A stretch of DNA of 64,000 nucleotides from Candidatus Dormiibacterota bacterium (GCA_963789735.1 CAWBLV010000006.1:810846-874845), one strand, 5' to 3'. Shown: positions 42,375-52,033, numbered from the stretch's first letter. Made by a program: numbers and translations. The notes: generated from the letters alone by a model not told the origin.

Positions 42375-44574
42375 GTGAGTTCCGAAGGCCCGGGCAGCGA
42401 GGAACGCACGCAGGAGTCCGGAGATTTAGAGACAGGGGGCTCGCGGGGGATCCCCTCGCGCGTGGTGCGACAGCACCGCTTCAGCGTCTGGGATGGCTCT
42501 CAGGATCCACTCGGCGATGACGCCGACGCGCTGTTCGACCGGCTCAGCGAAGACGTGTTCCACGGCTGGGATTTCGAGACTGCGCTGCGCCGCCTGCTGA
42601 GTCAGGGGTGGCGCGACCGTGACGGGCGCAAGTTCGCCGGACTCGAGGAGTTGATGGAGCGACTGCGCAAGCAGCGCCAGCAGCAACTCGAGCGCTACAG
42701 CCTTGACAACGTCTTCAAGGACATCGAGGAGAAGCTCGACAACGTGCTGCGGCTCGAGCGCCAGGGCATCGACGAGCGGCTCAAGAACGCAACCGACGGG
42801 AGCGCGCAACGCATCCTCGAACGCGTCGCGAAGAAACGGCGCGAGCATCTCGACAACCTGCCTCAGGAACCCGGTGGGGTCATCCGCGAACTGCAGGGCT
42901 ACGAGTTCATGGACCAGCGCGCGGAGCAGGCGTTCCAGAAGCTCCTCGAGGAGATCAAGCAGAACGTCGTTGACACGTACTTCAAGCAGATGTCCGAGCA
43001 GATGGGCCAGATGTCCAAGCAGGACATCAGCGCGCTGCGCGAGATGGCGAAAGACCTCAACTCGCTGGTGCGCCAGAAGCTCGAGGGCGTGCCGGAAGCG
43101 CAGCTGCAGCACAACTACGAGGACTTCCTCAAGAAGTGGGGCGCGATGTTCCCTGATGCGCCGGCCACATTTGACGAATTCCTCGCGCAACTCGCAGCGC
43201 AGATGGCACGCATGGATTCGCTGATGCAGTCGCTGTCTCCGGAGATGCGCCACCAGCTCGAGGAGTTGATGTCGGCAACGTTCGGCGATCCCGACCTGCA
43301 GGCGCAGCTCGCGGAGCTGATGGGCGGTCTCGAACTGCTCTCCGATCGCCGTCATCTCGGGCAGCGATATTCCTTCTTCGGTAACGAGCAATTGCCCTTC
43401 GATGAGGCGATGGGTGTCATGGATCGCCTGCAGTCGATCGAGGAACTCGAGCGCGGGCTGCGCGGGATGTATCGCGGTGAGCCGCTCGACGATGCCACCG
43501 AGGACGCCTTGCGTGATGTCCTCGGTGACAACGCTGCGCGCGACCTTTCGCGACTGCAGCGCATGACGGATCAGCTCGAGCAGCGCGGGCTCATCGAGCG
43601 TGATGAGGAAGGAATGCGTCTCACCGCTCGCGGGCTGCGACGCATCGGACAGAAAGCCCTCGGGGATCTTTTCGCGCGGCTGCGCCGCGACCGCTTCGGG
43701 GACCATCCGATATCGCGGCACGGCCAAGGGGGCGAACGCGAGGAGGACACGAAGCCTTATGAGTTCGGGGACGTGTTCGACCTGGACGTCAAAGAGACGC
43801 TCATGAGCGCAGTACGGCGCGACGCCGATTCTGACGCTTTGAGTGACTTGCGGCCGGAGGGGACCCCGGCTCCAGCCTCAAACCGGACTATTCGGCCTAC
43901 GCCGGGGTCCCCTCCGTCCTTGGCTCAGGGTAGTTCGCGTCGCGCTGTGCCTCGGCTCTTCGCCCGAAGACTTTGTCGTGCATCGGTCCGACACCCTCAC
44001 TCGGTCGGCGACCGTGTTGATGCTCGACATGAGCCGGTCTATGCCTTTGCGCGGATACTTCTATGCGGCTAAGAAAGTGGCGCTGGCACTTGATTCTTTG
44101 ATTCGGAGCGCTTATCCGCGGGACACGTTGCACATCATTGGGTTTAGTGATCTGGCGAGAGAAATAAAGCCAGCGGCTTTGCCGCATCTTTCGGTCAATG
44201 AGTATGTGTATGGGACCAATATGCAGCATGGGCTGATGCTGGCTCGACGGCTGCTTGCGAGGGATCCGGGGGAGAACAAGCAGATCATCATCGTCAGCGA
44301 TGGGGAGCCGACGGCGCACATTGAGAATGGGCGGCCGGTGTTCTTTTATCCGCCGTTGCCGGAGACGTTTCAGAAGACGTTGCTCGAGGTGAAGCGGTGC
44401 ACGCGGGAGAACATCGTGATCAATACGTTCATGCTCGAGTCGAATCATCACCTGGTGCAGTTCGTCAATCAGATGACGCGGCTGAATCGCGGGCGCGCGT
44501 TCTTCATCAGTCCTGATCGGCTGGGGGATTACGTGCTGGTCGACTACGTGAGCTCGAAGCGAGGGGCTGCGTAA
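42375..44574 (+). CDS. CoxE/ChlD-like protein with coiled-coil N-terminal region and C-terminal VWA domain; frameshift(s) between ~43855 and 43960
   Basis: ORFs 42375..44072 and 43843..44574 are one protein. VWA MIDAS motif (VLMLDMSRSM ... IIVSDGEPT). The shift lies in a G/C-homopolymer-rich stretch (gaggggaccccgg, gccggggtcccctcc). Confidence 0.65.
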
Positions 44575-44577
44575 GCC

Positions 44578-45312
44578 GTGGAGTTCAGGGGGTATCTCTC
44601 GCATATCCGTGCTGACGGCGATCTGATCGCGGCCGTCGCGCCGCGCGGGCTTGATCGTCCCGTGCCGGTCTGCCCGCCGTGGGATATTCGCGAAGTGGTT
44701 GCGCACGTGGCCTCGACGTACGACCACAAGGTGATCGCGATCCGGCTTGGACGGAGGCCGGTGGAAGGTGAGTGGGTCACGGACGAGCCCTTCGGCAAGG
44801 ACACCGTCGAATGGTTTGCCGATGAGCACGCGAAGTTGCTGGCGGAGCTGGCGGCGCACAAGCCGTCGGACCACGCATGGACGTGGTGGGAGCCGGATCA
44901 GACCGTCGGGTTCTGGTACCGAAGGATGGCGCTCGAGACGGTGGTGCACCGTGTCGACATCGAAATGCAGTTCGGTCCGCCGAGTCCGATCGACGCAGCC
45001 CTCGCCATCGATGGGATCGACGAGATCCTGATGATCATGCTGGCTGGAGAAGACGAGGCTGCTGCTGAAGGCCCCGGTACCGGCACCGTCGAAGTGCTCG
45101 CGGGTGACGCATCGTGGTCCATCCTGCTCGAGGACGGTCGCACCGTGGTCACACCCGGCCGCAGGACAGCGCCAGGTGCTGTGCTCTCAGGGGATCCAGC
45201 GGCGCTCTTCCTCTATCTATGGGGCCGGGGAACGCTCGACTCGGTGACGCAGAAGGGAAACCCTTCGCTGGTCGCCGCGCTGCGCTCGCGACTCGCTGCC
45301 GCGACGCAATAA
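44578..45312 (+). CDS. DinB_2/MDMPI-family (TIGR03083) protein
   Basis: 244 aa; GTG start; motif WDIREVVAHVAS. Confidence 0.65.
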   Translation: MEFRGYLSHIRADGDLIAAVAPRGLDRPVPVCPPWDIREVVAHVASTYDHKVIAIRLGRRPVEGEWVTDEPFGKDTVEWFADEHAKLLAELAAHKPSDHAWTWWEPDQTVGFWYRRMALETVVHRVDIEMQFGPPSPIDAALAIDGIDEILMIMLAGEDEAAAEGPGTGTVEVLAGDASWSILLEDGRTVVTPGRRTAPGAVLSGDPAALFLYLWGRGTLDSVTQKGNPSLVAALRSRLAAATQ

Positions 45313-45314
45313 CG

Positions 45315-46145
45315 ATGGAGCGGGCGGCATTCGCGGAGCGCATCCGCCTGCAACTGGTTGCGCGGTACCACGGCGCACATGTGGAGGTCGACGCAGCGCG
45401 GTTTGCGTTGCACGTCACCGGTTCCGGGCTCGACCTGATGCTGCCGCTCGCACCACTTTTTCATGCGTGTGAGCGCCGGCCAGACAAAGTGCCCGCGCTG
45501 ATCGGCGAGTACGTGGCGTCGGTTGAGCATCAGCTGACTCCGCAACCGGCGATGGCGCTGTCGCTCCCCCGGCTGCTGTGGTGCGTCCGTAACGACCGCT
45601 TTCTCGGCAGTCATGGACGTGTCGGCGACTTGCTGCGAGCGCCGATCGGCGCCGACATGACGGCCTTCGTCGCCGAGGAACTTCCTGGCTCGATCATGCG
45701 CGGCGTTCCCCGCGACGAGTGGACCGCGCTCGGATTGACCGATCAGGACGTGCTCGAGACCGCGGATGCCAACACGGCGCTTCGTTTCGAGCCCTTGGTG
45801 GTGCGCATCGGTCGCACCGACCGGATTCCCGCGGACGGATGGCGGGTGGCGTCGGATCCGCTCTTCCAGGGCAGCATGCTCCGCGCGCCCAGGGTGCTCG
45901 CTGCTCTGGCCGAGCGTGCCGGAGGAGAGGTGTTGCTCGGGGTGCCGGATCGGGGCGCGGTGCTCGCGCTCCCGGCCGCGTTGCCGTCCGCCGAGCGGTT
46001 TCAGCGTCGCGTCGTGAAGGAGTGGCGCGAGGCGATGAACCCGTGCTCGCGTGAGGTGCTGATCACCGACGGGCACACGCTCCAGGCCGTCTCTCGACGG
46101 ACGAGGACGTCAGGCCCGGTCGTCCTTCCCTGGCTGGCGGAGTAG
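45315..46145 (+). CDS. Conserved hypothetical protein
   Basis: 276 aa from ATG 45315 (MERAAFAERIRLQL...), immediately after the upstream stop. No confident family assignment (possibly DUF1444-like). Confidence 0.5.
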   Translation: MERAAFAERIRLQLVARYHGAHVEVDAARFALHVTGSGLDLMLPLAPLFHACERRPDKVPALIGEYVASVEHQLTPQPAMALSLPRLLWCVRNDRFLGSHGRVGDLLRAPIGADMTAFVAEELPGSIMRGVPRDEWTALGLTDQDVLETADANTALRFEPLVVRIGRTDRIPADGWRVASDPLFQGSMLRAPRVLAALAERAGGEVLLGVPDRGAVLALPAALPSAERFQRRVVKEWREAMNPCSREVLITDGHTLQAVSRRTRTSGPVVLPWLAE

Positions 46146-46503
46146 GAGCCGAGGAGCCCGTCCCGGTCCCAATCGACCTGCCTCCTGGCGGGCCACGAAC
46201 GCGCTCGCGGCGCCGATCGCGACGGTTGCGGCGACACCGGCCAGCGTCCGCACCGCAACGCGAGTGGCGCGTCCGCGAACGGAGATCCCGGAAAGGCCCG
46301 GGCCCTCACCGAACCAGAGCGTCAAGGCCGTCTGGTCGGCCACGAGCCCGCCATCGCCATGAACACGGCTTCGCTCGATGCGTACCGCAGCCGGGCGCGG
46401 GCCGCGCCAGCGGCTCTGGTCAAGCAGGCCCGGAGCCGCGCGCAGGGCGCCACTGCTGGCGATCGCACGGACGGCGGCCACAGCACGTTCCGACGTCGGC
46501 ATC

Positions 46504-47262
46504 GTGGGAAAGGATAGCGTTCTGCAGGTGACGCCCATCGAGGATCTCCCGAATCGGATCGAGGCGAGCTTCATCGGCGCGCTCGCCGGCGAGCACGCCG
46601 CGGGAACAGCTGCTGGAACGGCCGACCTGGTTGGTGTCGCCGAATCCGCAGCTGCCTGTGGTGGATTCGACGATGCAGATCTGCGCCAGCGCGGCCTCGA
46701 ACGCCCCTCCAGGGCGGGAGCCGCAGGTTTGCTGCTGCGAGCTCTGCCCTTCGGGCTCCTCAGCCCACTCGACCGGCCAAGGCTGCGACGCGATGCCTAC
46801 CGCTGCGTTGCCATGGCCGGCGCCGATGAGGGCACCGCCGTCACCGCCGTTGCGGCAGCGCTGCTGATTGCCGACCTGCTTCGTTTTGATCTCGAGACGT
46901 CGCTCGTGCGCGTTCGCCAGTCACTCCTTGAGGACGCGCCGATGGCCTTGCTCGACCGGCTTCGAATCATCGAGGACGGTCCCCCGATGGATGTCTCCGA
47001 CCCGGATCCGGGCCTGACCCTCCAGCGCGCGATCTGTGCGCTCGCCACGACCAACCCTTTCGACGGCGTGCTTGCTGCAGCCGCGGGCGGCACAGCCGTC
47101 GCGGCCAGCCTTGCCGGGGCGCTCGTCGGCGCCCGCGACGGCGTTGCCGCGGTCACCGGCGTCGACCGCGACCACCTCCCCCACGCCGACCGTGCCCTCG
47201 CAGTGGCGCGACGTCTCGCCGAAGTTGCGGTAGCGGCGCTGCCCGAGCCCTCGCGAACGTAG
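46504..47262 (+). CDS. ADP-ribosylglycohydrolase-family protein with degenerate catalytic motif
   Basis: C-terminal ARH signature present (AAAGGTAVAASLAGALVGARDG; family consensus GGDTDT-AAIAGAL-GA--G), but the DTD acidic residues are replaced (TAV). The start is uncertain and the N-terminus may be disrupted by another indel. Confidence 0.5.
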   Translation: MGKDSVLQVTPIEDLPNRIEASFIGALAGEHAAGTAAGTADLVGVAESAAACGGFDDADLRQRGLERPSRAGAAGLLLRALPFGLLSPLDRPRLRRDAYRCVAMAGADEGTAVTAVAAALLIADLLRFDLETSLVRVRQSLLEDAPMALLDRLRIIEDGPPMDVSDPDPGLTLQRAICALATTNPFDGVLAAAAGGTAVAASLAGALVGARDGVAAVTGVDRDHLPHADRALAVARRLAEVAVAALPEPSRT

Positions 47263-47357
47263 CCGGCTCCACGACGCTTGACGCGGTCAACGAGGGCCGG
47301 TTCAGGCCAAGTGCGTTTGGTGCCTGCCCAACGTATTCGCTCTAACATCAGGAAGTG

Positions 47358-47790
47358 ATGGAAGCCACAGCCGCGCCGCCGACCGCGCGCAAGATCCGGA
47401 TCCTCACCGCCAAGGTCGGGCCTCGACGGGCATGACCGCGGTGTCAAGGTGATCTCTCGCGCGCTGCGCGACGCCGGCGTCGAGGTCATCTACACGGGCC
47501 TCCATCAGACACCCGCTATGGTCGTGGAAGCGGCGATCCAGGAGGACGTGGACGGCATCGGCATCAGCCTCCTGAGCGGCGCCCACATGACGCTCTTCCC
47601 CGAGATCATCCGGCTCCTCAAGGAGCGTGACGCCTCCGACATCGTCGTCTTCGGTGGCGGGATCATCCCCGACTCCGACGTGACGGCTCTCGAGCAGCTT
47701 GGCGTCGACAAAGTGTTCACCCCCGGAACGTCGCTCGACGAGGCCGTCTCCTACGTCAAGGAGCGATTCGGCGCGGGGGCGGCGGCCTGA
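47358..47790 (+). CDS. Stand-alone cobalamin (B12)-binding domain protein (methylmalonyl/isobutyryl-CoA mutase small-subunit-like); frameshift near 47425-47431
   Basis: RBS AGGAAG plus ATG 47358. N-terminus (...RKIRILTAKVG) hits an early stop unless one C is removed from gggcctcgac. That restores DGHDRGVKVISRAL, the canonical DxHxxG B12-binding motif. Rest is ORF 47449..47790. Confidence 0.65.
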
Positions 47791-47840
47791 CCCCCGGGCT
47801 GCTCTGTCTCGCCGCGGCGACCGCCCGAGCAGGGCGATTC

Positions 47841-48497
47841 GTGAACGACCCGGAGGACACGAGCGCAGCGATCACGCCGCCGCATCCGGCATTCGCAACG
47901 TTCCGGAAGATGTCGTACGTCTGGGTTGACGGTCAGGCGTTCGAGCCGATCGGTGACAGCCTCGACATCTGGCTCAGCTTCCTGCGCGGCAACGGCGCTC
48001 GCCAGGTGTGGCTGGACGTCAGCGGCGGTGACGAGGTCTGCCGGATCACCCGTCGCGACGGTGATGAGACCTGGCGGACCGTCTGGAACGGCGGCATCTT
48101 CATGCTCCACGGCAGCGAGGAGACCGGGGCGCCGAAACGTCGCGAGACCGATGTGCGTGGCCTCGCACAGCGGCTCCACGACGCCGTGCACACCGAGATC
48201 GAAGCCGGGGCGGGCGATGTTCGCCGCGCCTCGCTGGAGCGTGCGCTCGCCATTCTCGCGTCGCCTGCTGACGGTGAGGAGCTCTCGGACGTCGCCTGGC
48301 CCTATTTCGTGCTCCCAGAGGATAGTCCCGTTGCCGCCCGACGGCTCATCGCCGCCGCTGCCGCAGCCTGGCCTGAGACGGCCGCCGTGGCCGATCCGGA
48401 TGCGAAGCCGGAGCGCGGGACCGGGTGCGTCGACACCGCCCTCGAGGCGATTGCAGCCGCCGTGAATTCGGCAGCGACGGCCGAGCCGGTAGAGTAG
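47841..48497 (+). CDS. Hypothetical protein
   Basis: 218 aa, GTG start; no recognisable domain. Confidence 0.45.
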   Translation: MNDPEDTSAAITPPHPAFATFRKMSYVWVDGQAFEPIGDSLDIWLSFLRGNGARQVWLDVSGGDEVCRITRRDGDETWRTVWNGGIFMLHGSEETGAPKRRETDVRGLAQRLHDAVHTEIEAGAGDVRRASLERALAILASPADGEELSDVAWPYFVLPEDSPVAARRLIAAAAAAWPETAAVADPDAKPERGTGCVDTALEAIAAAVNSAATAEPVE

Positions 48498-48507
48498 CCA
48501 GGCAGAC

Positions 48508-49167
48508 ATGGCAACTTCCCTCGAGCTCAGCGCAACTGTCCGGTCGGAGACCGGGCGCCACGTGCACGCCGTCCGGCGTCGCGGCGACGTGCCCGCCGTC
48601 CTGTACGGACACAACGTCGAGCCGCAGGCGCTCTCGATCGAGGCTCGCAGCCTGAAGCGGGTGTGGCACCAGGCCGGGCACAGCCACCTGGTCGATCTCG
48701 CTCTCGCCGGCGGCCGCGTCCGCAAAGTGCTCATTCGGGAGTTGCAGGTCAGCCCCCGCACCACCGAGTTGATGCACGTGGATCTCTTTGCGGTGAACCT
48801 GCGCGAGAAGCTGACCGTCGAGATTCCCCTCATCCCGATCGGCGAATCTCCGGCTGTCTCCGAGTTCAAGCTCGGCGTGCTCCAGCAGATCATCACGTCG
48901 GTCAACGTCGAGTGCCTCCCGGGTGATATCCCGGCGCTACTCAACGTCGACATCTCAGGCCTGGTGGAGGTCGACCAGGGCATCCGCCTCGGCGAGGTGC
49001 CGCTTCCCGAACGGGTCACGCTCGCAACCGGTGTCGATCCCGACGAGCTCGTCCTCAAGGTTGCGCAGGTGCGCGTCAGCGCCGAGGCCGAAGAGGCTGA
49101 GGTGGCCGCCGAGACCGAGGCCGCCGAGGGTGCCGAGACCGCGGACGACGACGCCGGGTCGTCCTAG
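48508..49167 (+). CDS. rplY: 50S ribosomal protein L25 / general stress protein Ctc
   Basis: 219 aa; L25/Ctc N-terminal beta-barrel (VRRRGDVPAVLYGH), acidic C-terminal tail. Confidence 0.88.
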   Translation: MATSLELSATVRSETGRHVHAVRRRGDVPAVLYGHNVEPQALSIEARSLKRVWHQAGHSHLVDLALAGGRVRKVLIRELQVSPRTTELMHVDLFAVNLREKLTVEIPLIPIGESPAVSEFKLGVLQQIITSVNVECLPGDIPALLNVDISGLVEVDQGIRLGEVPLPERVTLATGVDPDELVLKVAQVRVSAEAEEAEVAAETEAAEGAETADDDAGSS

Positions 49168-49200
49168 CGGCTTCGCCCCGATCCTGACGCCGGCGTCGCC

Positions 49201-50061
49201 GTGATCGCCAGTACCCCGACGTGCGACCCGAGCAACTGGTTCGATTTCGTCTGCCGCGCGATCCAGGCACCCAACTCCAGCGGACTGGTCGGCCCGCTCG
49301 TCGAGCACCTCCTCAGCGCCATCGGGATCTTCGTCGCGATCTATCTCTTCGGCCGCCTGGTCCGCATGATCGTGCTCTGGACGATGCGGCGGAGCAAGGC
49401 CGATCGCCAGGTTCGCACGCTCGTCCGCAATCTCATCACGGCCACGACGTACGTGGTGGCGGTGATCAGTGCGCTCGTCGTCTACGGCGTCAACGTCGCC
49501 GTGATCCTGACGGCCGCCGGCGTCGGGACGGTCGCGATCGGTCTTGCGTTTCAGGACCTGCTTCGCAACGTGCTCGCGGGGATCTGGTTGTTGCTCGAGC
49601 AGCCGTTCAAACTCGGCGACACGATTACGGTCGCAGATCAAACGGGTACCGTGCAGAACATCACGCTCCGGACCACAACGCTGCGCACCGGCACCGGCGA
49701 ACTGGCGATCCTGCCGAACCTCACCGTCTTCACGGGGACGGTGATCAACAAGACCCACTACGACACGCGTCGACTCACCGTCGGCGTGCGCATTCCAGCC
49801 GACACCGACCTCACCGATTTGATGCGACGCGCTCGTGCGGCCGTCGAAACAGTGCCAGGAATCGAGCCGCAGCCGGCGATCGTGTTCGAGCCGACGCTTG
49901 ATGGCGAAGTCCCTTTGCTGCAATGCCATTTCTGGGTGGACCGGCGCGAGCAGGACCTCGACGCAGTCACGGCGGCCGTGGCGGAAACGCTGTGGCCTGT
50001 AGTCGAGGCCGGCCCTGACACGGAAGCGCACACCGCGGATCTGGAAGGCAAGTCGTCGTAG
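49201..50061 (+). CDS. mscS: Small-conductance mechanosensitive channel (MscS family)
   Basis: 286 aa; three TM segments, then the MscS beta-domain (GDTITVADQTGTVQNITLRTTTLRT). Confidence 0.8.
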   Translation: MIASTPTCDPSNWFDFVCRAIQAPNSSGLVGPLVEHLLSAIGIFVAIYLFGRLVRMIVLWTMRRSKADRQVRTLVRNLITATTYVVAVISALVVYGVNVAVILTAAGVGTVAIGLAFQDLLRNVLAGIWLLLEQPFKLGDTITVADQTGTVQNITLRTTTLRTGTGELAILPNLTVFTGTVINKTHYDTRRLTVGVRIPADTDLTDLMRRARAAVETVPGIEPQPAIVFEPTLDGEVPLLQCHFWVDRREQDLDAVTAAVAETLWPVVEAGPDTEAHTADLEGKSS

Positions 50062-50646
50062 TGGACACACCTCGGGTCAACACGTCGCAGCGGGTCGTCG
50101 TCGTGCGTCATGGCGAGACCGAATGGAGCCGCATTCAGCGCCACACCGGCAGGAGCGATCTGCCGCTCACGGCTACGGGCCGCGAACAAGCCGAGCAGCC
50201 TGATCGCAAAACTCGCCGGCCTGGAGTTCGCCGCGGTTTTCGTGAGCCCGTTACGCCGCGCGCGCGAGACATGCGAGATCGCCGGTTTCGCCGACCGAGC
50301 GGTCGTCGATCCCGACCTCATCGAGTGGGATTACGGCGCGTACGAAGGACTGACGAGTAACGAGATTCAGGTCGAGAGACCGGGTTGGACGCTCTTCCGT
50401 GACGGTGTCATCGGCGGCGAGACCATAGACGATGTCGCGGCCCGCGCTGCCCGCGTCATCACTCGCGTCCGCAGTGTGGACGGAAACGTTCTGCTCTTCG
50501 GACACGGGCACCAGTTGCGGATCACAACAGCCTTATGGCTCGACTTTCCAGCGCTCGCCGCACAACGCTTACAACTCGCCACGGCCTCGCCGTCGACGCT
50601 CGGTTACGAGCACGACTGGACAGCACTACTGAGCTGGAATGGCTGA
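50061..50646 (+). CDS. Histidine phosphatase (phosphoglycerate-mutase) family protein; frameshift near 50195-50200
   Basis: GTG 50061; RHGET catalytic motif (VVVVRHGETEW) in frame 0; rest of domain (LAGLEFAAVFVSPLRRARETCEIAG...GHGH) in ORF 50110..50646. Extra C in gagcagcctgatcgc. Confidence 0.65.
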
Positions 50647-50671
50647 GTTCCAGATGGCACAACGGCAGTAA

Positions 50672-50792
50672 GGCGGCAGGGGATGGGCCGGCGCCCAGCG
50701 AATTTGACCGCTCCCGAGAGAGCGCGACAATCTGCTTGCGCGAAGGAGGGAGCGGACAAGCTGAGCCAGGTGCCGGCCCATCCCCTGCCGCC
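50672..50792. repeat. Nested-hairpin intergenic element with perfect 21-bp inverted repeat
   Basis: GGCGGCAGGGGATGGGCCGGC (50672-50692) is the exact reverse complement of 50772-50792. Inner 10-bp IR GACCGCTCCC/GGGAGCGGAC (50706-15/50748-57). Between convergent genes. Shares the AGGGGATGGG core with the MITE-like element at 28266. Confidence 0.4.
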
Positions 50793-50837
50793 AAACCACA
50801 AGCGTCCGACCGGGGGAGTCTCAGCCCGGAACCCGCA

Positions 50838-51182
50838 CTAGGCCTGCAGCTGGGCGATACGAGTGCGCCAGAAGACGAGGCGACGCTCGAAACGGAGTGC
50901 TTCTGCGTTGAGGGCGATCAGGTCGGTTTGCTGCACTTCGGCGCTTGCGTCCGGGTCCATCGTGACGACGTGTTTCTCGGTGGTGGCGAGGACTGATCGC
51001 TTGAACTCCAGAAGTTCCGTGTACACCTTGACCCAGTGGACGGCGTCGTCGATGTGGCGGGTGTCCTCGTCCTCGCCGGCGAGAAGGCGATCGGGTTGGA
51101 CCTGATCAAGAGCGGCTTGCTCCTTCTCCGTCTGGGACTTCTTTTTCGGGTCAGCAGTCATCTCAGTTCCAGTTGGTGCCAT
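50838..51182 (-). CDS. Hypothetical protein (downstream of the HspR-like regulator)
   Basis: 114 aa from ATG 51182; ORF caller used TTG 51221. An extended -10 (TGTTATAAT) sits on the minus strand at 51229-51221. Confidence 0.45.
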   Translation of the reverse strand: MAPTGTEMTADPKKKSQTEKEQAALDQVQPDRLLAGEDEDTRHIDDAVHWVKVYTELLEFKRSVLATTEKHVVTMDPDASAEVQQTDLIALNAEALRFERRLVFWRTRIAQLQA

Positions 51183-51346
51183 CGGTGTCCCTCTAGCCCG
51201 CCGGTGGCGGGCCGCCTGCAATTATAACAGTATCGCTATAACTTATTGTCCGTCCCACGCTGTAAGGTCGCAGCGCGCTCAAGAGGAACTCATCCAGCGT
51301 TCGCCAGCCGGGTGTCGGCGGGAAAGCACAATGTCCCCGGACGCGG

Positions 51347-51691
51347 CTAGATTCGGACGTGCTCCAGGTCGATGTCTGTGAGCTCAGAGGGGCGCGGGAT
51401 GCCGTGTGCGTCGAGGAGTTGCAGACACTTGATGACATAACGCGCGCCGGCGATGTTGAGGCCGTGCTGTCGCGTCAGTCGCTGAATCGCTGTCAAGGTG
51501 AGGATGTCTCGCTGCGTATAGCGGCGCCGGTTTGTTGCTGTGCGAGCGGGAACGCCGAGCCCCATGCTCTCGTACATCATCAGCGTGCGCGGATGGGATG
51601 CGAGGATTTCCGCTGCGACACTGATCGTGTAAAGCGGTTTATCCAGGTCGAGCATCCGGTGCGTGGTTGGAGTGAGCGTCTCAAGCGCCAT
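51347..51691 (-). CDS. MerR-family transcriptional regulator, HspR-like
   Basis: 114 aa; MerR HTH (YTISVAAEILASHPRTLMMYESMGL...RRYTQRDI) resembling the heat-shock repressor HspR. Confidence 0.7.
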   Translation of the reverse strand: MALETLTPTTHRMLDLDKPLYTISVAAEILASHPRTLMMYESMGLGVPARTATNRRRYTQRDILTLTAIQRLTRQHGLNIAGARYVIKCLQLLDAHGIPRPSELTDIDLEHVRI

Positions 51692-51806
51692 GGCGCTCTC
51701 CCGGTGAACGATGACGCGCAGCCTGGACTCGCTCGATCAATGTCCCGGTCTTCATCAGCCGATTCTAGTCACGTGCACCCGAAAATGGGGCGCCGGGGCG
51801 CGCGAT

Positions 51807-51876
51807 TGTGATGCAGCGTCACACGGGGAAAGGCGATGTGATGGCGCTTGGGGAGCGTGATGTGACGGCTATCACG
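51807..51876. promoter_or_regulatory. Two CRP/FNR-like palindromes and GTGATG direct repeats upstream of the hspR-like gene
   Basis: TGTGA-N7-TCACA (51807-51823) and TGTGA-N6-TCACG (51861-51876); GTGATG recurs at ~51806, 51836, 51856. Confidence 0.3.
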
Positions 51877-52033
51877 TTCGCTGACAGCAATGACGACCGC
51901 CGGAGGATCGAATCCGCCCACGCTCTTCGCCGGGCGGCGAGGACCCTGTGGCGGCGGGTGACTTGCCAAGGGCGGTACATATAGGCATCATTCTTGATGA
52001 TAGATACGCTATAACCTTAGGGAGGCAGTTTGC

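Noticed and set aside
51183-51346. HAIR (HspR-associated inverted repeat) operator near the HspR-like gene
   Set aside because: Only a single CTCAAG half-site (51287-51292) plus CTCAT is present; no CTTGAGT-N7-ACTCAAG palindrome.
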